NCBI GenBank assembly: GCA_965225945.1
Contig: CBDDBZ010000014.1
Span: 1 to 63,896 of the forward strand
Direction of reading: 5' to 3'
Length of the DNA: 63,896 bases
Source: Alphaproteobacteria bacterium
Lineage (GTDB): Bacteria; Pseudomonadota; Alphaproteobacteria; GCA-2731375
Shown here one piece after another: positions 21,458-31,814 of the stretch. The number at the start of each line of letters is the position of its first letter. Positions within the stretch are counted from its first letter, which is position 1. The notes under the pieces are model-generated. The model did not search any database. It was not told the origin of the DNA and saw nothing but the letters and a program-made list of their open reading frames with translations. Both the position numbers and the translations under genes were made by a program.

Positions 21458-22026
21458 GCGACACGGATTACTGCTATCCGCCGGACTACGCCGTTCTTCG
21501 CAACAAATTGGGAATCCGCGATGCGGCCGAACTCGACCGCGCCGAGCGGCGACGGGTGGCGCAGCGACTCAGTGAGGCCGTGCCCCGGGGCGACTTCGAT
21601 CTCGATCACCTGAAGGCCATCCACCATCACTTGTTTCAGGACGTCTACGCCTGGGCCGGGCAAACGCGCACGATCGAGATCGCCAAGGGCGGAGCGCTGT
21701 TCCAGTTTCACCGCTATATCGAAATCGGCATGGGCGACGTGCACCGCCGCTTGGTTGATCGTGATTACCTCGAGGGCCTGTCGCCGGACGATTTCGCTCG
21801 GGAGGTTGGGCGCATCGTCGGCGACGTGAACTACGTCCATCCCTTCCGCGAGGGCAACGGCCGGACCCAGTTTCAATATTTGGACCAGCTCGCGACCCGC
21901 GCCGGCCATCCCCTGAACCCGAGGCGGATAGAGCCGGAGCGCTGGCTCGAGTCCTCGCGCGCGGCTCATGTTGGGGACTATGAGCCGCTGGCCGTCGCCA
22001 TCCTGGGCGCGATCGAAACCCCATGA
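21454..22026 (+). CDS. Fic-domain toxin (AMPylase)
   Basis: HPFREGNGRTQ Fic motif; LRNKLGI and IHHHLFQDVYAWAG. Confidence 0.92.
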   Translation: MSDTDYCYPPDYAVLRNKLGIRDAAELDRAERRRVAQRLSEAVPRGDFDLDHLKAIHHHLFQDVYAWAGQTRTIEIAKGGALFQFHRYIEIGMGDVHRRLVDRDYLEGLSPDDFAREVGRIVGDVNYVHPFREGNGRTQFQYLDQLATRAGHPLNPRRIEPERWLESSRAAHVGDYEPLAVAILGAIETP

Positions 22027-22425
22027 GTCCCGTCGTGTCGGCTTGAAGCGCCGTCAACTCAGTGTCAGCGCGGGGTCAGCGCAATGCGGAAGCCGCGTTT
22101 GCCGCTACGTAACGTGACGTTGTCGCCGCGCCGGTGTGCCGAGCGTAGCTTGTTCGCTTTGATGCCCCAGGAGCCGCCCCGCGGCATACGCCTTTCACAC
22201 TCTCCGGTCAGACCGCCGTCACCGGGTCCATACAACCTTCGCAACGGCGTCGGCTGGCGGACCAGCGGCGAAAAATCCGCCTTCACCGAGCCTTACCCGG
22301 GGAACGCGGCTTCTCCATGCCCGGGTTGCGAGGTAGCGTTTGCCCGCGCCATGATGGTGGGATGGTGCGGCCTGGCACCACTTCAAACCTAGGCAAAACA
22401 AGTCCGCGCAATGGGGGGATCGGCG

Positions 22426-22839
22426 ATGCTCGGCGACAAGATCTTAGACAGCGCGGGTAAGATGACCAATCGGCGGGTGCTGCCCTCGGATGGCCCTTTG
22501 CCCAAGTTTGAAACCAGCTTTGAACTCACGGGGACGATTCTCGGGCGGAACGCGAAGACAATCGTGACCTATTGGTCGATGATACGACCCGATGGCACAC
22601 TTTACGGCGAATGTCCGAGCCAAGGCTTAATCATGACGGAAAATGGCGAAAGCGCGACCTTCAGAGCCACCGGCGCTGGTAAATTTACCAACCAAGCCGG
22701 TGCGGTCGCTTTTCGCGGGGCGATTTACCACGAAACGGCCTCGGAAGGGCTATCCGCGCTCAACGGCCTCGCTGTCATCTATGAATGGGAGGTGGATGAA
22801 GAGGGCAATGCCACCTTCCAAGGCTGGGAATGGATATAG
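22426..22839 (+). CDS. Hypothetical protein (beta-rich, 137 aa)
   Basis: Isolated ORF with purine-rich RBS and plausible composition; no family recognised. Confidence 0.6.
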   Translation: MLGDKILDSAGKMTNRRVLPSDGPLPKFETSFELTGTILGRNAKTIVTYWSMIRPDGTLYGECPSQGLIMTENGESATFRATGAGKFTNQAGAVAFRGAIYHETASEGLSALNGLAVIYEWEVDEEGNATFQGWEWI

Positions 22840-23083
22840 CCAAATTTCGCTGACGTTTCGGACTTCCACGCCGCCAAAGCCGTCCCGAGAGCTCCGGCCG
22901 GCCGATGGTCTTCGCAACCAAGCGGCGCCCCGGATCGCGCATCGGCGAGGTCCGGAGTACCCCCAAGACTCCCCGTCACATTAGGGGTTGCCGACAGCCT
23001 TGAAGTGCGGCGCCCGGACGCGGGCGTCCCATGCACCGGGTCGGAACTCGTGATATGATTGCCGCCAGCGGAGAACGCCCGTC

Positions 23084-23779
23084 ATGAACCATCGTCGCCA
23101 AAACCGTGTCGCGGACCCGCGTGAACAACCGTCCTACTCCGTCGCCGAAGTCGCGCATTATCTGAACGTGCCCGGGGCGACGATCCGATACTGGGCGAGG
23201 GGTCGAGACATCTACCTGCCGTTGATCGATGTCCCCGATCATCGCCCGACGTTGCTGTCTTTCTTCAACCTGGCGGAGTTGCACGTCCTGGCGGCGATTC
23301 GCCGCCGGCACGCGGTGGCGATGCCCAAGGTTCGCGACGCCATCGAGTGGTTGACTCGCCATGCGGGCCGCGCCAGCGACAAGAGACATCCCCTGATCGG
23401 CAGGCAGTTGGACACCGACGGCCTGGATTTGTTCGTCGACTATTACGGCAATCTCGTCAATATCAGCCAGGACGGGCAAATCGCGATGCGTGAGGTCATG
23501 AGCGCCGCGTTGCGGCGGATCGACCGCGATCCGAGGGGTGTTCCCGTCAGGCTATTTCCCTTTACCCGAAACTCGATCTCGGACGCGCCGACATCGGTAG
23601 TCATCGATCCCAGGCTGTCCGCCGGTCGGCCGGTAATCGCAGGCACCGGGATCGCCACCGAGATCGTCGCCGAGCGATACAAGGCGGGAGAGTCCGTGGC
23701 CGAACTTGCCCGTGATTACGAGCGATCCGGCGACGAGATCGAGGAAGCGATCCGTTGTGAACTCCCGGCAGCCGCCTGA
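23084..23779 (+). CDS. DUF433-domain antitoxin (VapB45-like)
   Basis: N-terminal HTH YSVAEVAHYL; C-terminal DPRLSAGRPVIAGTGIATE...GESVAELARDY. Confidence 0.85.
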   Translation: MNHRRQNRVADPREQPSYSVAEVAHYLNVPGATIRYWARGRDIYLPLIDVPDHRPTLLSFFNLAELHVLAAIRRRHAVAMPKVRDAIEWLTRHAGRASDKRHPLIGRQLDTDGLDLFVDYYGNLVNISQDGQIAMREVMSAALRRIDRDPRGVPVRLFPFTRNSISDAPTSVVIDPRLSAGRPVIAGTGIATEIVAERYKAGESVAELARDYERSGDEIEEAIRCELPAAA

Positions 23780-24164
23780 CGGGCTCGTCTGTTTCATCGA
23801 TCGAAGCCTTGGAAAGCATCTGATCGTCGACGCGCTCCGCGCGGCCGGGGCGAGGGTCGAGGTTCACGATGATCATCTGGCTCGAGATGCCCCGGACGAG
23901 GAATGGATTGCTCTCGTCGGGGAACGTGGGTGGATCGCGGTCACGAAGGACAAGAACATTCGCTACCGCGCCAACGAGATCGCGGCGATCAAGCTTCATC
24001 GCGCGCGCGTCTTGGTGCTGCGCGCAAAGAACGCGACCGGTGGGGATATGGCTGATCTGCTGGTCGGGGCGCAACGTCAAATCGAGCGGTTCGTCGCCTC
24101 GTCCTCGGTCCCTTTCGTCGCCGGAATCGATCGCTCGGGCAGGATCAGGGCCTATGCGATCTAA
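23757..24164 (+). CDS. PIN-domain toxin (VapC45-like)
   Basis: FIDRSLG...APDEEWI...GWIAVTKDKNIRYR; overlaps the DUF433 gene. Confidence 0.82.
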   Translation: MNSRQPPDGLVCFIDRSLGKHLIVDALRAAGARVEVHDDHLARDAPDEEWIALVGERGWIAVTKDKNIRYRANEIAAIKLHRARVLVLRAKNATGGDMADLLVGAQRQIERFVASSSVPFVAGIDRSGRIRAYAI

Positions 24165-24974
24165 TTGCTTTGGCCTCGGCCCGCCCGCCCGGCGCGTCAA
24201 CGAAACGCCGGTTCGTCGTAGCTGCGGAGCTTGCGGGAGTGCAGGCTCTCGACGCCCGCCTCGCGCAAGCGGCGCAAGGTCTCGATGGCGATGGCGAGGT
24301 GTTGGCCGACCCGTTCCTGGTAGAACGCGTTGGCCATGCCGGGCAGCTTTAGTTCGCCGTGCACGGGCTTGTCGGAGACGCAGAGCAGGGTGCCGTAAGG
24401 GACCCGCAATCTGAAGCCGTTGGCGGCGATGGTCGCCGATTCCATGTCGATCGCGATCGCGCGGGATTGGTTGAAACGAACCGCCAGCTCGCGGTGACGG
24501 AACTCCCAATCCCGGTTGTCGGTGGTGAAGATGGTGCCGGTCCGAAGCCGGGTCTTGAGCTCGCGGTCCCCGAGGCCGGTGATGTCGCGGACCGCGCCCT
24601 CCAGCGCCACCTGCACCTCGGCGATCGGTGGCACCGGAACCCAGGGCGGCAGGTCCTGGTCGAGCACGTGATCCTCGCGCACATAGGCATGCGCGAGGAC
24701 ATAGTCGCCGAGCCGCTGGGTATGGCGAAGGCCGCCGCAGTGGCCGATCATCAGCCAGCAATGCGGGCGCAGCACGGCGACGTGGTCGGTGATGGTCTTG
24801 GCGTTCGAGGGGCCGACACCGATGTTGATCAAGGTGATCCCGCTGCGATCCTGGCGGACCAGGTGATAGCCCGGCATCTGCGGCAGGTGGCGCGGCCGCT
24901 CCCCGCTGCCCTCGGCCGCGCGAGTGCGGGCATTGCGGGAGATCACGTCGCCCGGCTCGACGAAGGCCTCGTAT

Positions 24975-25565
24975 TCAATTCCCGTTTCTATCTCGTTCCT
25001 TGCCTATCCGGTTATCACCCACACCCACTATATGGTGCACCCATTTTCCTGAGTAAAGCTCGGTGCAGGTCGAAGCGGAGATATCTCCGGCGATGCCGAG
25101 CAGGGACTCGGACGGCATTGTAGCGCCTTTTAGGCGACACTTTAGCGTGGTGGAAATCCTAATCATTGAGTCGGATTTGGCAAAACGCCACGTTGCATAA
25201 AGGACCGTCACTTCATTGAAATTTATCTGAAATCGGAGGTGAACGACACCGATGGAATATTCCAGGAAATCAGAGCTTCGTTCGAGTGCCGGATTATTCA
25301 CAAATAGCTCTGTGAACTGGTTTTCAAGTTCGCTCAATACGTCATATGAAGTAAACGGATTGAGGATCACGTTCTTGCGTGTCGCTTCGTCTTCGCTGCG
25401 ACTCAAAACGCGCAGGAGACTAACAGGCGCGGACGGGTTCTTCGCAACGATTCGTGCCAGCGCGTCGCTTTCTTCGACTAGTGCCGTCAATCGCTCAGAC
25501 GATGTCGTTTCATCAGCAGCTTCCCGTCTGGCCGTGGGTTTCTTCGTTTTTCCCTTGGTCGCCAC
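24975..25565 (-). CDS. Passenger ORF: short helical-repeat (LRV/HEAT-like) protein running into a transposase C-terminal remnant
   Basis: Repeats VAKNPSAPVSLL / VILNPFTSYDVL / FVNNPAL; lower GC than flanks; tail SLLGIAGDISASTCTELYSGKW matches transposase end SLLGIAGDTSAPTYAELYSGEW; reads through the IR. Confidence 0.55.
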   Translation of the reverse strand: MATKGKTKKPTARREAADETTSSERLTALVEESDALARIVAKNPSAPVSLLRVLSRSEDEATRKNVILNPFTSYDVLSELENQFTELFVNNPALERSSDFLEYSIGVVHLRFQINFNEVTVLYATWRFAKSDSMIRISTTLKCRLKGATMPSESLLGIAGDISASTCTELYSGKWVHHIVGVGDNRIGKERDRNGN

Positions 25566-25736
25566 CGTTCCGTCCCCCGATGTTAAGTACGTGACGTGAA
25601 TTAAACTCCGGTTTGGTTTTCAGAACAATCAAGAATTAGCCGGATCGCCTCCTCAATGCGCCTGCGCCGGCCCTTGCCTGCAGTCCAAGGAGACACACTA
25701 CATATAGTGGGTGTGGGTGATAACCGGATAGGCAAG
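24999..25736. mobile_element. Non-autonomous IS1595-derived insertion cassette with passenger ORF
   Basis: 36-bp perfect IRs CTTGCCTATCCGGTTATCACCCACACCCACTATATG; 8-bp TSD TCTCGTTC (24991-24998, 25737-25744); no transposase; ends match the IS at 58222. Confidence 0.9.
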
Positions 25737-26449
25737 TCTCGTTCGACGCATAGGAAATGAATTCATCGACATAGCGCTGATAATTCGTAAACAGGATGAA
25801 GCGTTGAAAGTGCGCCGGCGAGGTCCCCGTGTAGTGTTTCAGGCGCATCAGGGAGAGGTCCACCCGCTCCGCCGAAAAGAGCGACAGCGGCTTCGGCGCG
25901 CCGGGCTCGGGGAGGTTGGTTCCGTTGGCGACGGAATCCTCGATCGTTCCCAGGTCCGGGAGCGTGAACAGGCTCTGCAGCGCTTGCAAATCGTGCGACG
26001 AGATGGCGGTGGTGGCGTCCTCGATCACGAAGGGCAGCGCGATCGCCCGGTCGGAGAAGCCGACGGCGATTGGCCGGCCGTGGTTGGCGATCAACAGGCG
26101 GAGTTGCTCCAGGTAATAGTTCCGGAACAGTGCCGGCTTGGTCAGCGTCGTGCCGTAGGTGCCGCTATCGGAGAGCGCGCCGTAGGGCACGCGCATGTCG
26201 GTGCTGACGTCGCCGAGGCGAATCGTGATGCCGACATAGGGATAAAAGCCGATTTCCCCCGGGCTCTCCCGGTCGCCCTCCGCGAAGCGGTGGAAGCGAT
26301 CACGCACCCGGCGCTCGCCTTCCTCGTGAATCCGCAGGATACGCTCGAAGGCGGGTTCCGCCTCGTCGTAGCGCCTGAGTGCCGGCGCCGTGCCGTGACC
26401 GCTTTCCGCCATGCTGGCCGCCTTCGCCGGCCGTCCCCGGGCGTGGGGC

Positions 26450-27277
26450 TCAGACCGGCCGGTCGCCCTTGATCGTCACCCGATGGCCGGAACGTACTTC
26501 GGGGTAATAGTCCCACATCGCCATGTGCTGGACGCAGCGGTTGTCCCAGAAGGCGACCGAACCCGCCTCCCAGCGGAAGCGGCACTGGAACTGGGCCTGG
26601 GTCGAATGGGCGCAGAGGAAGGCCAGCAGCGCGTCGCTCTCGCCCGGGTTCAACTCGTTGATCCGCGTGGTGAAGGTCGAGTTGACGTAAAGCGACTTGC
26701 GCCCGGTCACGGGATGGGTGCGGACCACGGGGTGCACCGCCTCGGGATAGACCTTGTCCCGGTCGTCGACGCCCTTGTCCTTGTAACGGCCGCGATAGAC
26801 ATGATCGCCCGAATGGGTCGCCGTCATGGGGTCGAGCAGAACCTTCAGCGGCTCGGAGAGCGCCTCGTAGGCCGCATATTGCGAGGCGAAGAGGGTATCG
26901 CCGCCACCGTGCTCCGGCACGCTCCAGAGGTAGAGAACGCTGCCCATGGGCGGCTCCGAGTCGCAGGAGACGTCGCTATGCCATCGCTCGCCGGCGATCC
27001 GCTTGGCGTTTTCGTCGGCGTGAACGATCAGGATCTCGGGATGGCCGTCCGGCGGCGGCGAGCCCGGGTGGAGGTGCAGCTCGCCGAAGCGGCGGCCGAC
27101 CGCCTTGTGCTGTTCCACCGTCAAAACCTGGTCGCGGAAGAACACGACTTGGTGGCGCATCAGCGCCTCGTGCGCCGCCTCGAAGCTCGCGTCGTCCAAA
27201 TCGGCCAAATCGATACCGCGTATCTCCGCGCCGATCCGTGGCGTGAGCGGCTCGATCTCGATCGAATTGCGCATCAT
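26450..27277 (-). CDS. TauD/TfdA-family Fe(II)/2-oxoglutarate dioxygenase
   Basis: IGAEIRGIDL, WHSD, GGDTLFAS, HPVVRTHP, WDNRCVQH. Confidence 0.92.
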   Translation of the reverse strand: MMRNSIEIEPLTPRIGAEIRGIDLADLDDASFEAAHEALMRHQVVFFRDQVLTVEQHKAVGRRFGELHLHPGSPPPDGHPEILIVHADENAKRIAGERWHSDVSCDSEPPMGSVLYLWSVPEHGGGDTLFASQYAAYEALSEPLKVLLDPMTATHSGDHVYRGRYKDKGVDDRDKVYPEAVHPVVRTHPVTGRKSLYVNSTFTTRINELNPGESDALLAFLCAHSTQAQFQCRFRWEAGSVAFWDNRCVQHMAMWDYYPEVRSGHRVTIKGDRPV

Positions 27278-27349
27278 GCACCCATTCTCCCCTGCCTGTG
27301 CGTCAGGCTGCATCCTGCCAACGCGGGCCGCCCACGTCAAAGCGCACCT

Positions 27350-27588
27350 CGCCGATATCATGGAGGTTGCGTCTGGCCCGGCGTGTCCAGACAATTTCAT
27401 CCGTGCGGGACAAATTTTCGAACCGTGACCTTCACTTCCTCGGCCGTGGCAAAATCCCCGGCATCGGCTTCCACAATAGTCTTCCGGGTCTCTTCGTCGT
27501 GCCATGCCTCGACATCGGCGTCGGGGGACGTGGTCACGGGCTCGGTCGCCTGGTCGAGGGTCGGCGGCTTTGGGTCGGTGTCGTTCAT
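27350..27588 (-). pseudogene. Decayed ParD/ParE-type TA relic (antitoxin-like ORF 27397-27588 plus toxin N-terminal stub)
   Basis: EAWHDEETRKTIVEADAGDFATAEEV antitoxin-like tail, overlapped by start-less EIVWTRRARRNLHDIGE. Confidence 0.5.
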
Positions 27589-27797
27589 GATCTCATCATA
27601 ACATATATGGGTCGTTTCTTCCTCTGCATCATTTGATCCCGCCATCGCCCCGAATGCGCCGGTGCCTCGGCGGGTCGTCGGGAGCGTCCGCCGCGCCACC
27701 GGGTGACCCGACCTCGCGGTCGTGCGAAAGTGGCGGCCGAGACGCCTCGACCCTGATATACCATCGTCCGCGACCTGAGAGCGGGGAGGGGCAGCGC

Positions 27798-29903
27798 GTG
27801 GACGCCGATCAACGGGTGGCCTCCGACATCGGCGGCACCTTCACCGACATCGCTTACATCGACGAGGCCGGGCGACTGGTGACGGGCAAGCTGCCCTCGA
27901 CGCCCGCGAACTATGCCGACGGCGTGGTCGCGGGCGTGCTCGACCTGCTGAAGCGCGCCGATCTGGCCGCCGCACGGGTGGGCGAGATCCTGCACGGTTG
28001 CACCATCGCCACCAACGCGATCCTGGAGCACAAGGGCGCCGCCACCGCGCTGCTGACCACGCGCGGCTTCCGCGATATTCTGGAGTTGCGGCGGATTCGC
28101 GTGCCCAGATTATACGAGCCCCTCTACGTCAAGCCGCCGCCCCTGGTGCCGCGCCGTCGCCGGCTGGAGATCACCGAGCGGATCGGGCCCCGGGGCGAGG
28201 TCGTCACCCCGCTCGACATGGCCGACGTTGACCGCGCGATCGCGCGGCTTCGGGAGCTGGAGGTCGAGGCGGTGGCGGTCTGCTTCCTCCACGCCTATGC
28301 CGATCCGAGCCATGAGCGCCTGGTGGGGGAACGGTTGCGGGCGGCGCTGCCGGAACTCTTCGTCTCGCTTTCGGTCGACGTGCTGCCGCAAATTCGTGAA
28401 TACGAGCGGACCAGCACGACGGTGATCAACGCCTATGTCGGCCCGCCGGTGAAACGCTATCTCGATAGCATGGTGGCCGATCTGGCCGCGGTCGGGCTCA
28501 CCCGCCGGCTCATGGTGATGCAGTCGAGCGGCGGCATCCTCGATGCCGCGACGGCGGCGCGGAGGCCGGCGCAGATCATCGAGTGCGGGCCGGCGGCGGG
28601 CGTCATCGCCGCCCGCGAGCTCGGCCGGGCTTGCGGCTATTCGAACCTCATCAGCTTCGACATGGGCGGGACCACGGCCAAGGCGGCGATCATCGAGGGC
28701 GGCGAGCTGATGAGCGCCGAGGCCTTCGAGGTCGGTGGCGGCATCACCACCGGCGGGGGCCTCGGCGGCGGGGGCGGCTATGCCGTGGCGCTTCCGGCGA
28801 TCGACATCTCGGAAGTCGGGGCCGGCGGTGGCAGTCTGGTCTGGCTCGACAAGGCGGGCGCGATCAAGGTCGGGCCTTCGAGTGCGGGCGCGGTGCCGGG
28901 CCCGGCCTGCTACGACCTGGGAGGCGAGGCGCCCACGGTGACCGACGCCAATGTCGTCCTCGGCTATTTGAACCCCGAGGCGCTCGCCGGCGGCACGGTT
29001 CGAATCGACGCGGAGCGTTCCCGCGCGGCGATTTCGCGCGTCGCCGCGGTTCCGCTCGGCCTGGACGTGACGGCGACGGCGCACGGTATCCACACCGTCG
29101 CCAACGCCAACATGATGCGGGCGGTCAAGGCGGTGACGACCTATCGCGGGCGCGATCCCCGAAAATTCGCCCTGTTGGCCTTCGGCGGCAACGGCGGCGT
29201 CCATGGGGTCGATCTCGCCCGGGTTTTGCGGATCTCCAAGATGATCGTGCCGCCCGCCGCCGGCGTCTTCAGCGCCGTCGGCCTGCTGAACGCCGATCGG
29301 GAGCTAAACCTGACCGCCGCCTTCCCAGCGACCATCGGCGCCGTCGACCTGGCGGCGGCGGAACGGAGCTACGCTAAGCTCGAGGCCGAGATCCGGGCGC
29401 AATTCGAGCTCGACGGCCGGGCGCTGGAATTCCGCCGCCTCGCCGATATGCGCTATGGCGGCCAGGCCTTCGAGCTCACCGTGGCGCTTCCCGAGGGAGC
29501 CATGGGCGCAGACGCTTTCGCCGAACTCGGCCGCCGCTTCGAGAACGAGCACGAGCGACGCTACGGCCACAAGTTCGCCGGGACCTACGCGCTCGAAATC
29601 GTCAATCTGCGGCTGGTCGGCACCATTCCCCTGGCGGCCCGTGGTGCTATCGCCCTGGAAGCGAGGGGCGGCCCGGCGGGGGAGGGGAGGCGGACCGTCC
29701 ACTTCGGCCCCGCCTTCGCGCCCGAGATCGAAACTCCGATCATCGCCCGCGGCGCGCTCGCCGCCGGGGCGCGGGCCGGACCGCTGATCGTGGAGGAGCG
29801 TGATTGCACCACCGTCGTGCCGCCCGATTGCCGGGCCGGCCTGGACGAGCACGGCAACATCGTCATTATGGTCGGGGCTGAGCCGGAGGGAGGCGGCGGA
29901 TGA
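27798..29903 (+). CDS. Hydantoinase/oxoprolinase subunit A family
   Basis: DIGGTFTD, HGCTIATNA, EYERTSTT, DMGGTT, GAGGGS, PGPACY. Confidence 0.93.
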   Translation: MDADQRVASDIGGTFTDIAYIDEAGRLVTGKLPSTPANYADGVVAGVLDLLKRADLAAARVGEILHGCTIATNAILEHKGAATALLTTRGFRDILELRRIRVPRLYEPLYVKPPPLVPRRRRLEITERIGPRGEVVTPLDMADVDRAIARLRELEVEAVAVCFLHAYADPSHERLVGERLRAALPELFVSLSVDVLPQIREYERTSTTVINAYVGPPVKRYLDSMVADLAAVGLTRRLMVMQSSGGILDAATAARRPAQIIECGPAAGVIAARELGRACGYSNLISFDMGGTTAKAAIIEGGELMSAEAFEVGGGITTGGGLGGGGGYAVALPAIDISEVGAGGGSLVWLDKAGAIKVGPSSAGAVPGPACYDLGGEAPTVTDANVVLGYLNPEALAGGTVRIDAERSRAAISRVAAVPLGLDVTATAHGIHTVANANMMRAVKAVTTYRGRDPRKFALLAFGGNGGVHGVDLARVLRISKMIVPPAAGVFSAVGLLNADRELNLTAAFPATIGAVDLAAAERSYAKLEAEIRAQFELDGRALEFRRLADMRYGGQAFELTVALPEGAMGADAFAELGRRFENEHERRYGHKFAGTYALEIVNLRLVGTIPLAARGAIALEARGGPAGEGRRTVHFGPAFAPEIETPIIARGALAAGARAGPLIVEERDCTTVVPPDCRAGLDEHGNIVIMVGAEPEGGGG

Positions 29904-31648
29904 CGGTGAACATCGATCCCTTTCAGCTCGAGGTGCTGAAGAGCGCCTTCGACACCATCGCCGACGACATCGCGATCACCCTGATGCGGTCCTCCTATTC
30001 CGGAATCATCCGCGATTCGCTCGATTTCTCGACCGCGATCTGCGATCCGAACGGCCTCACCCTCGCGCAGGGCGTCTGCACGCCGATGCATCTCGGCAGC
30101 TTCCATGACGCCATGGCCAAGATCATCACGCAATACGAGGGCCGGATCGAGGAAGGCGACGTCTTCATCTCGAACGACCCCTACACCGCCGAGGGCCAGC
30201 ACCTCCCCGACATCTACATCGTCAAGCCGATCTTCTGGGAAGGACGGCGCGCCGGCTGGGCGACCACGGTGGCGCATCATTCCGACGTCGGCGGCATCGT
30301 TGCGGGCAGCAACGCGCTCGGCGCGGTGGAGATCTATCAGGAGGGGTTGCGCCTGCCGGTGATCAAGTTCGTCGAGGCGGGCCGGGCGAACCAGGCGGTT
30401 TGGGATATTGTCGCCACCAACGTGCGCACGCCGGAAAAGGTGATCGGCGATCTGCAGGCGCAGATGGCGGCCTGCGTCAGCGGCGAGCGGGAATTGTGCG
30501 AGTTGTTCGAGCGCTATGGCCTCGACACCGTGTTGGCTTACGCCGAGCATCTGCACGACTACGCCGAGCGGCTGGCTCGGGCCGAAATCGCGGATTTGCC
30601 GGACGGCGTCTATCGCTTCGTCGATCACATCGACGGGCTCGGCGCCGAGGGCGAGGAGATTGTCCTGAACGCCGCCGTCACCATTTGCGGCGAGGCTTGC
30701 ACGGTCGACTGGACCGGCTCGTCGCCCCAGGTCAAGGGCGGGATCAATTCGACCCTGCCGTTCACCAAGGCCTGTGCCTATACCGCGCTGCGCTCGGTCA
30801 TGGCGGCAGAGGTGCCCAACTGCCACGGCTTCACCCGCGCGGTGGAGGTGATCGCGCCGGCCGGCACGGTGGTCAATCCGGTCCACCCGGGACCTTGCGG
30901 GGCCCGCGGCATCACCGGCTACCGGATGATCGATTGCCTATTCGGAGCGCTCGCCCAGGCCGCGCCCGACAAGGTCACTGCCGACGGCAGCGGCGGCTCG
31001 ACGCTGCCCACCATCGCCGGCTGGCAGGACGGCAAGGCCTTCGTCTTCTGCGAGACCTTCATGGGCACCTGGGGCGCGGCCATGGGGCACGATGGCCAGG
31101 AAGGCGTGCCGCACATGGGCGCCAACCAGACCAACGTGCCGATCGAGATGATCGAGGCCGAATATCCCCTTCGCATCGAGCGCTACGCCATGGTGGCGGA
31201 TAGCGGCGGGCCGGGGCGCTATCGGGGCGGCCTTTCGCTCACCCGGGAATACCGCCTGCTGAGCGACGAGGCGGTGCTGAACGTTCGCTCCGACAAGCGC
31301 AAGCACCGCCCGCACGGCCTCCACGGCGGGGCCGAGGGGGGGGCCTCGAGCAATATCCTGGCGCGGGCGGCAGGTGGTCCTGAGGAAAGCCTGCCGGTGC
31401 TGCTGATGGAGCCGGTCACCATGCACGAGGGCGATGTCTTCCGACACGTGATGTCGGGCGGTGGCGGCAACGGCGACGCGCTGGCGCGCGATCCGGCCCG
31501 GGTGCTGGAGGATGTGCTGGAAGAGAAGGTGAGCCCCGCGCACGCGGCATCGGCTTACGGCGTCGTCATCGTCGAGGGTCCGCCGCCCGAGGTCGACCCG
31601 GCGGCGACCCGCGAGCTCCGCGCGCGCATGGGAATCGCGGCGGAGTAG
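29900..31648 (+). CDS. Hydantoinase B/oxoprolinase family
   Basis: NDPY...HLPD, HHSDVGG, YQEGLRLP, SGGPGRYRGG. Confidence 0.93.
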   Translation: MTVNIDPFQLEVLKSAFDTIADDIAITLMRSSYSGIIRDSLDFSTAICDPNGLTLAQGVCTPMHLGSFHDAMAKIITQYEGRIEEGDVFISNDPYTAEGQHLPDIYIVKPIFWEGRRAGWATTVAHHSDVGGIVAGSNALGAVEIYQEGLRLPVIKFVEAGRANQAVWDIVATNVRTPEKVIGDLQAQMAACVSGERELCELFERYGLDTVLAYAEHLHDYAERLARAEIADLPDGVYRFVDHIDGLGAEGEEIVLNAAVTICGEACTVDWTGSSPQVKGGINSTLPFTKACAYTALRSVMAAEVPNCHGFTRAVEVIAPAGTVVNPVHPGPCGARGITGYRMIDCLFGALAQAAPDKVTADGSGGSTLPTIAGWQDGKAFVFCETFMGTWGAAMGHDGQEGVPHMGANQTNVPIEMIEAEYPLRIERYAMVADSGGPGRYRGGLSLTREYRLLSDEAVLNVRSDKRKHRPHGLHGGAEGGASSNILARAAGGPEESLPVLLMEPVTMHEGDVFRHVMSGGGGNGDALARDPARVLEDVLEEKVSPAHAASAYGVVIVEGPPPEVDPAATRELRARMGIAAE

Positions 31649-31668
31649 CCGCCGGGTCGACCTCGCGG

Positions 31669-31725
31669 CGGCAGATCTTGCCGTCCCATGGCGGCAAATG
31701 ACGCCGGGCCGGCAGGATTTTCCCG
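31669..31725. promoter_or_regulatory. Three tandem ftr-like (FlbD-type enhancer) palindromes
   Basis: CGGCAGATCTTGCCG, CGGCAAATGACGCCG, CGGCAGGATTTTCCCG, about 90-145 bp upstream of a sigma54 promoter. Confidence 0.6.
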
Positions 31726-31741
31726 GTCGATGTATTCATGG

Positions 31742-31756
31742 TTAACGTGAAGTTAA
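31742..31756. promoter_or_regulatory. CtrA-type box
   Basis: TTAA-CGTGAAG-TTAA (TTAA-N7-TTAA) upstream of flagellin. Confidence 0.6.
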
Positions 31757-31814
31757 GCATCAAAAATTTGCCGCTTCAATACTTTGAATTCTTGAAATGG
31801 TTACCGACGAGTAC

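Larger units (their letters stand above)
24197..26412 (-). pseudogene. amn: AMP nucleosidase interrupted by a non-autonomous IS1595-derived cassette
   Basis: 26412-25737 plus 24990-24197 join in frame (489 aa, YASNE|IETGIEY); LFTNYQRYVDEF, QMPGYHL, NIGVGPSNAKTITDH, DMES. Confidence 0.92.
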
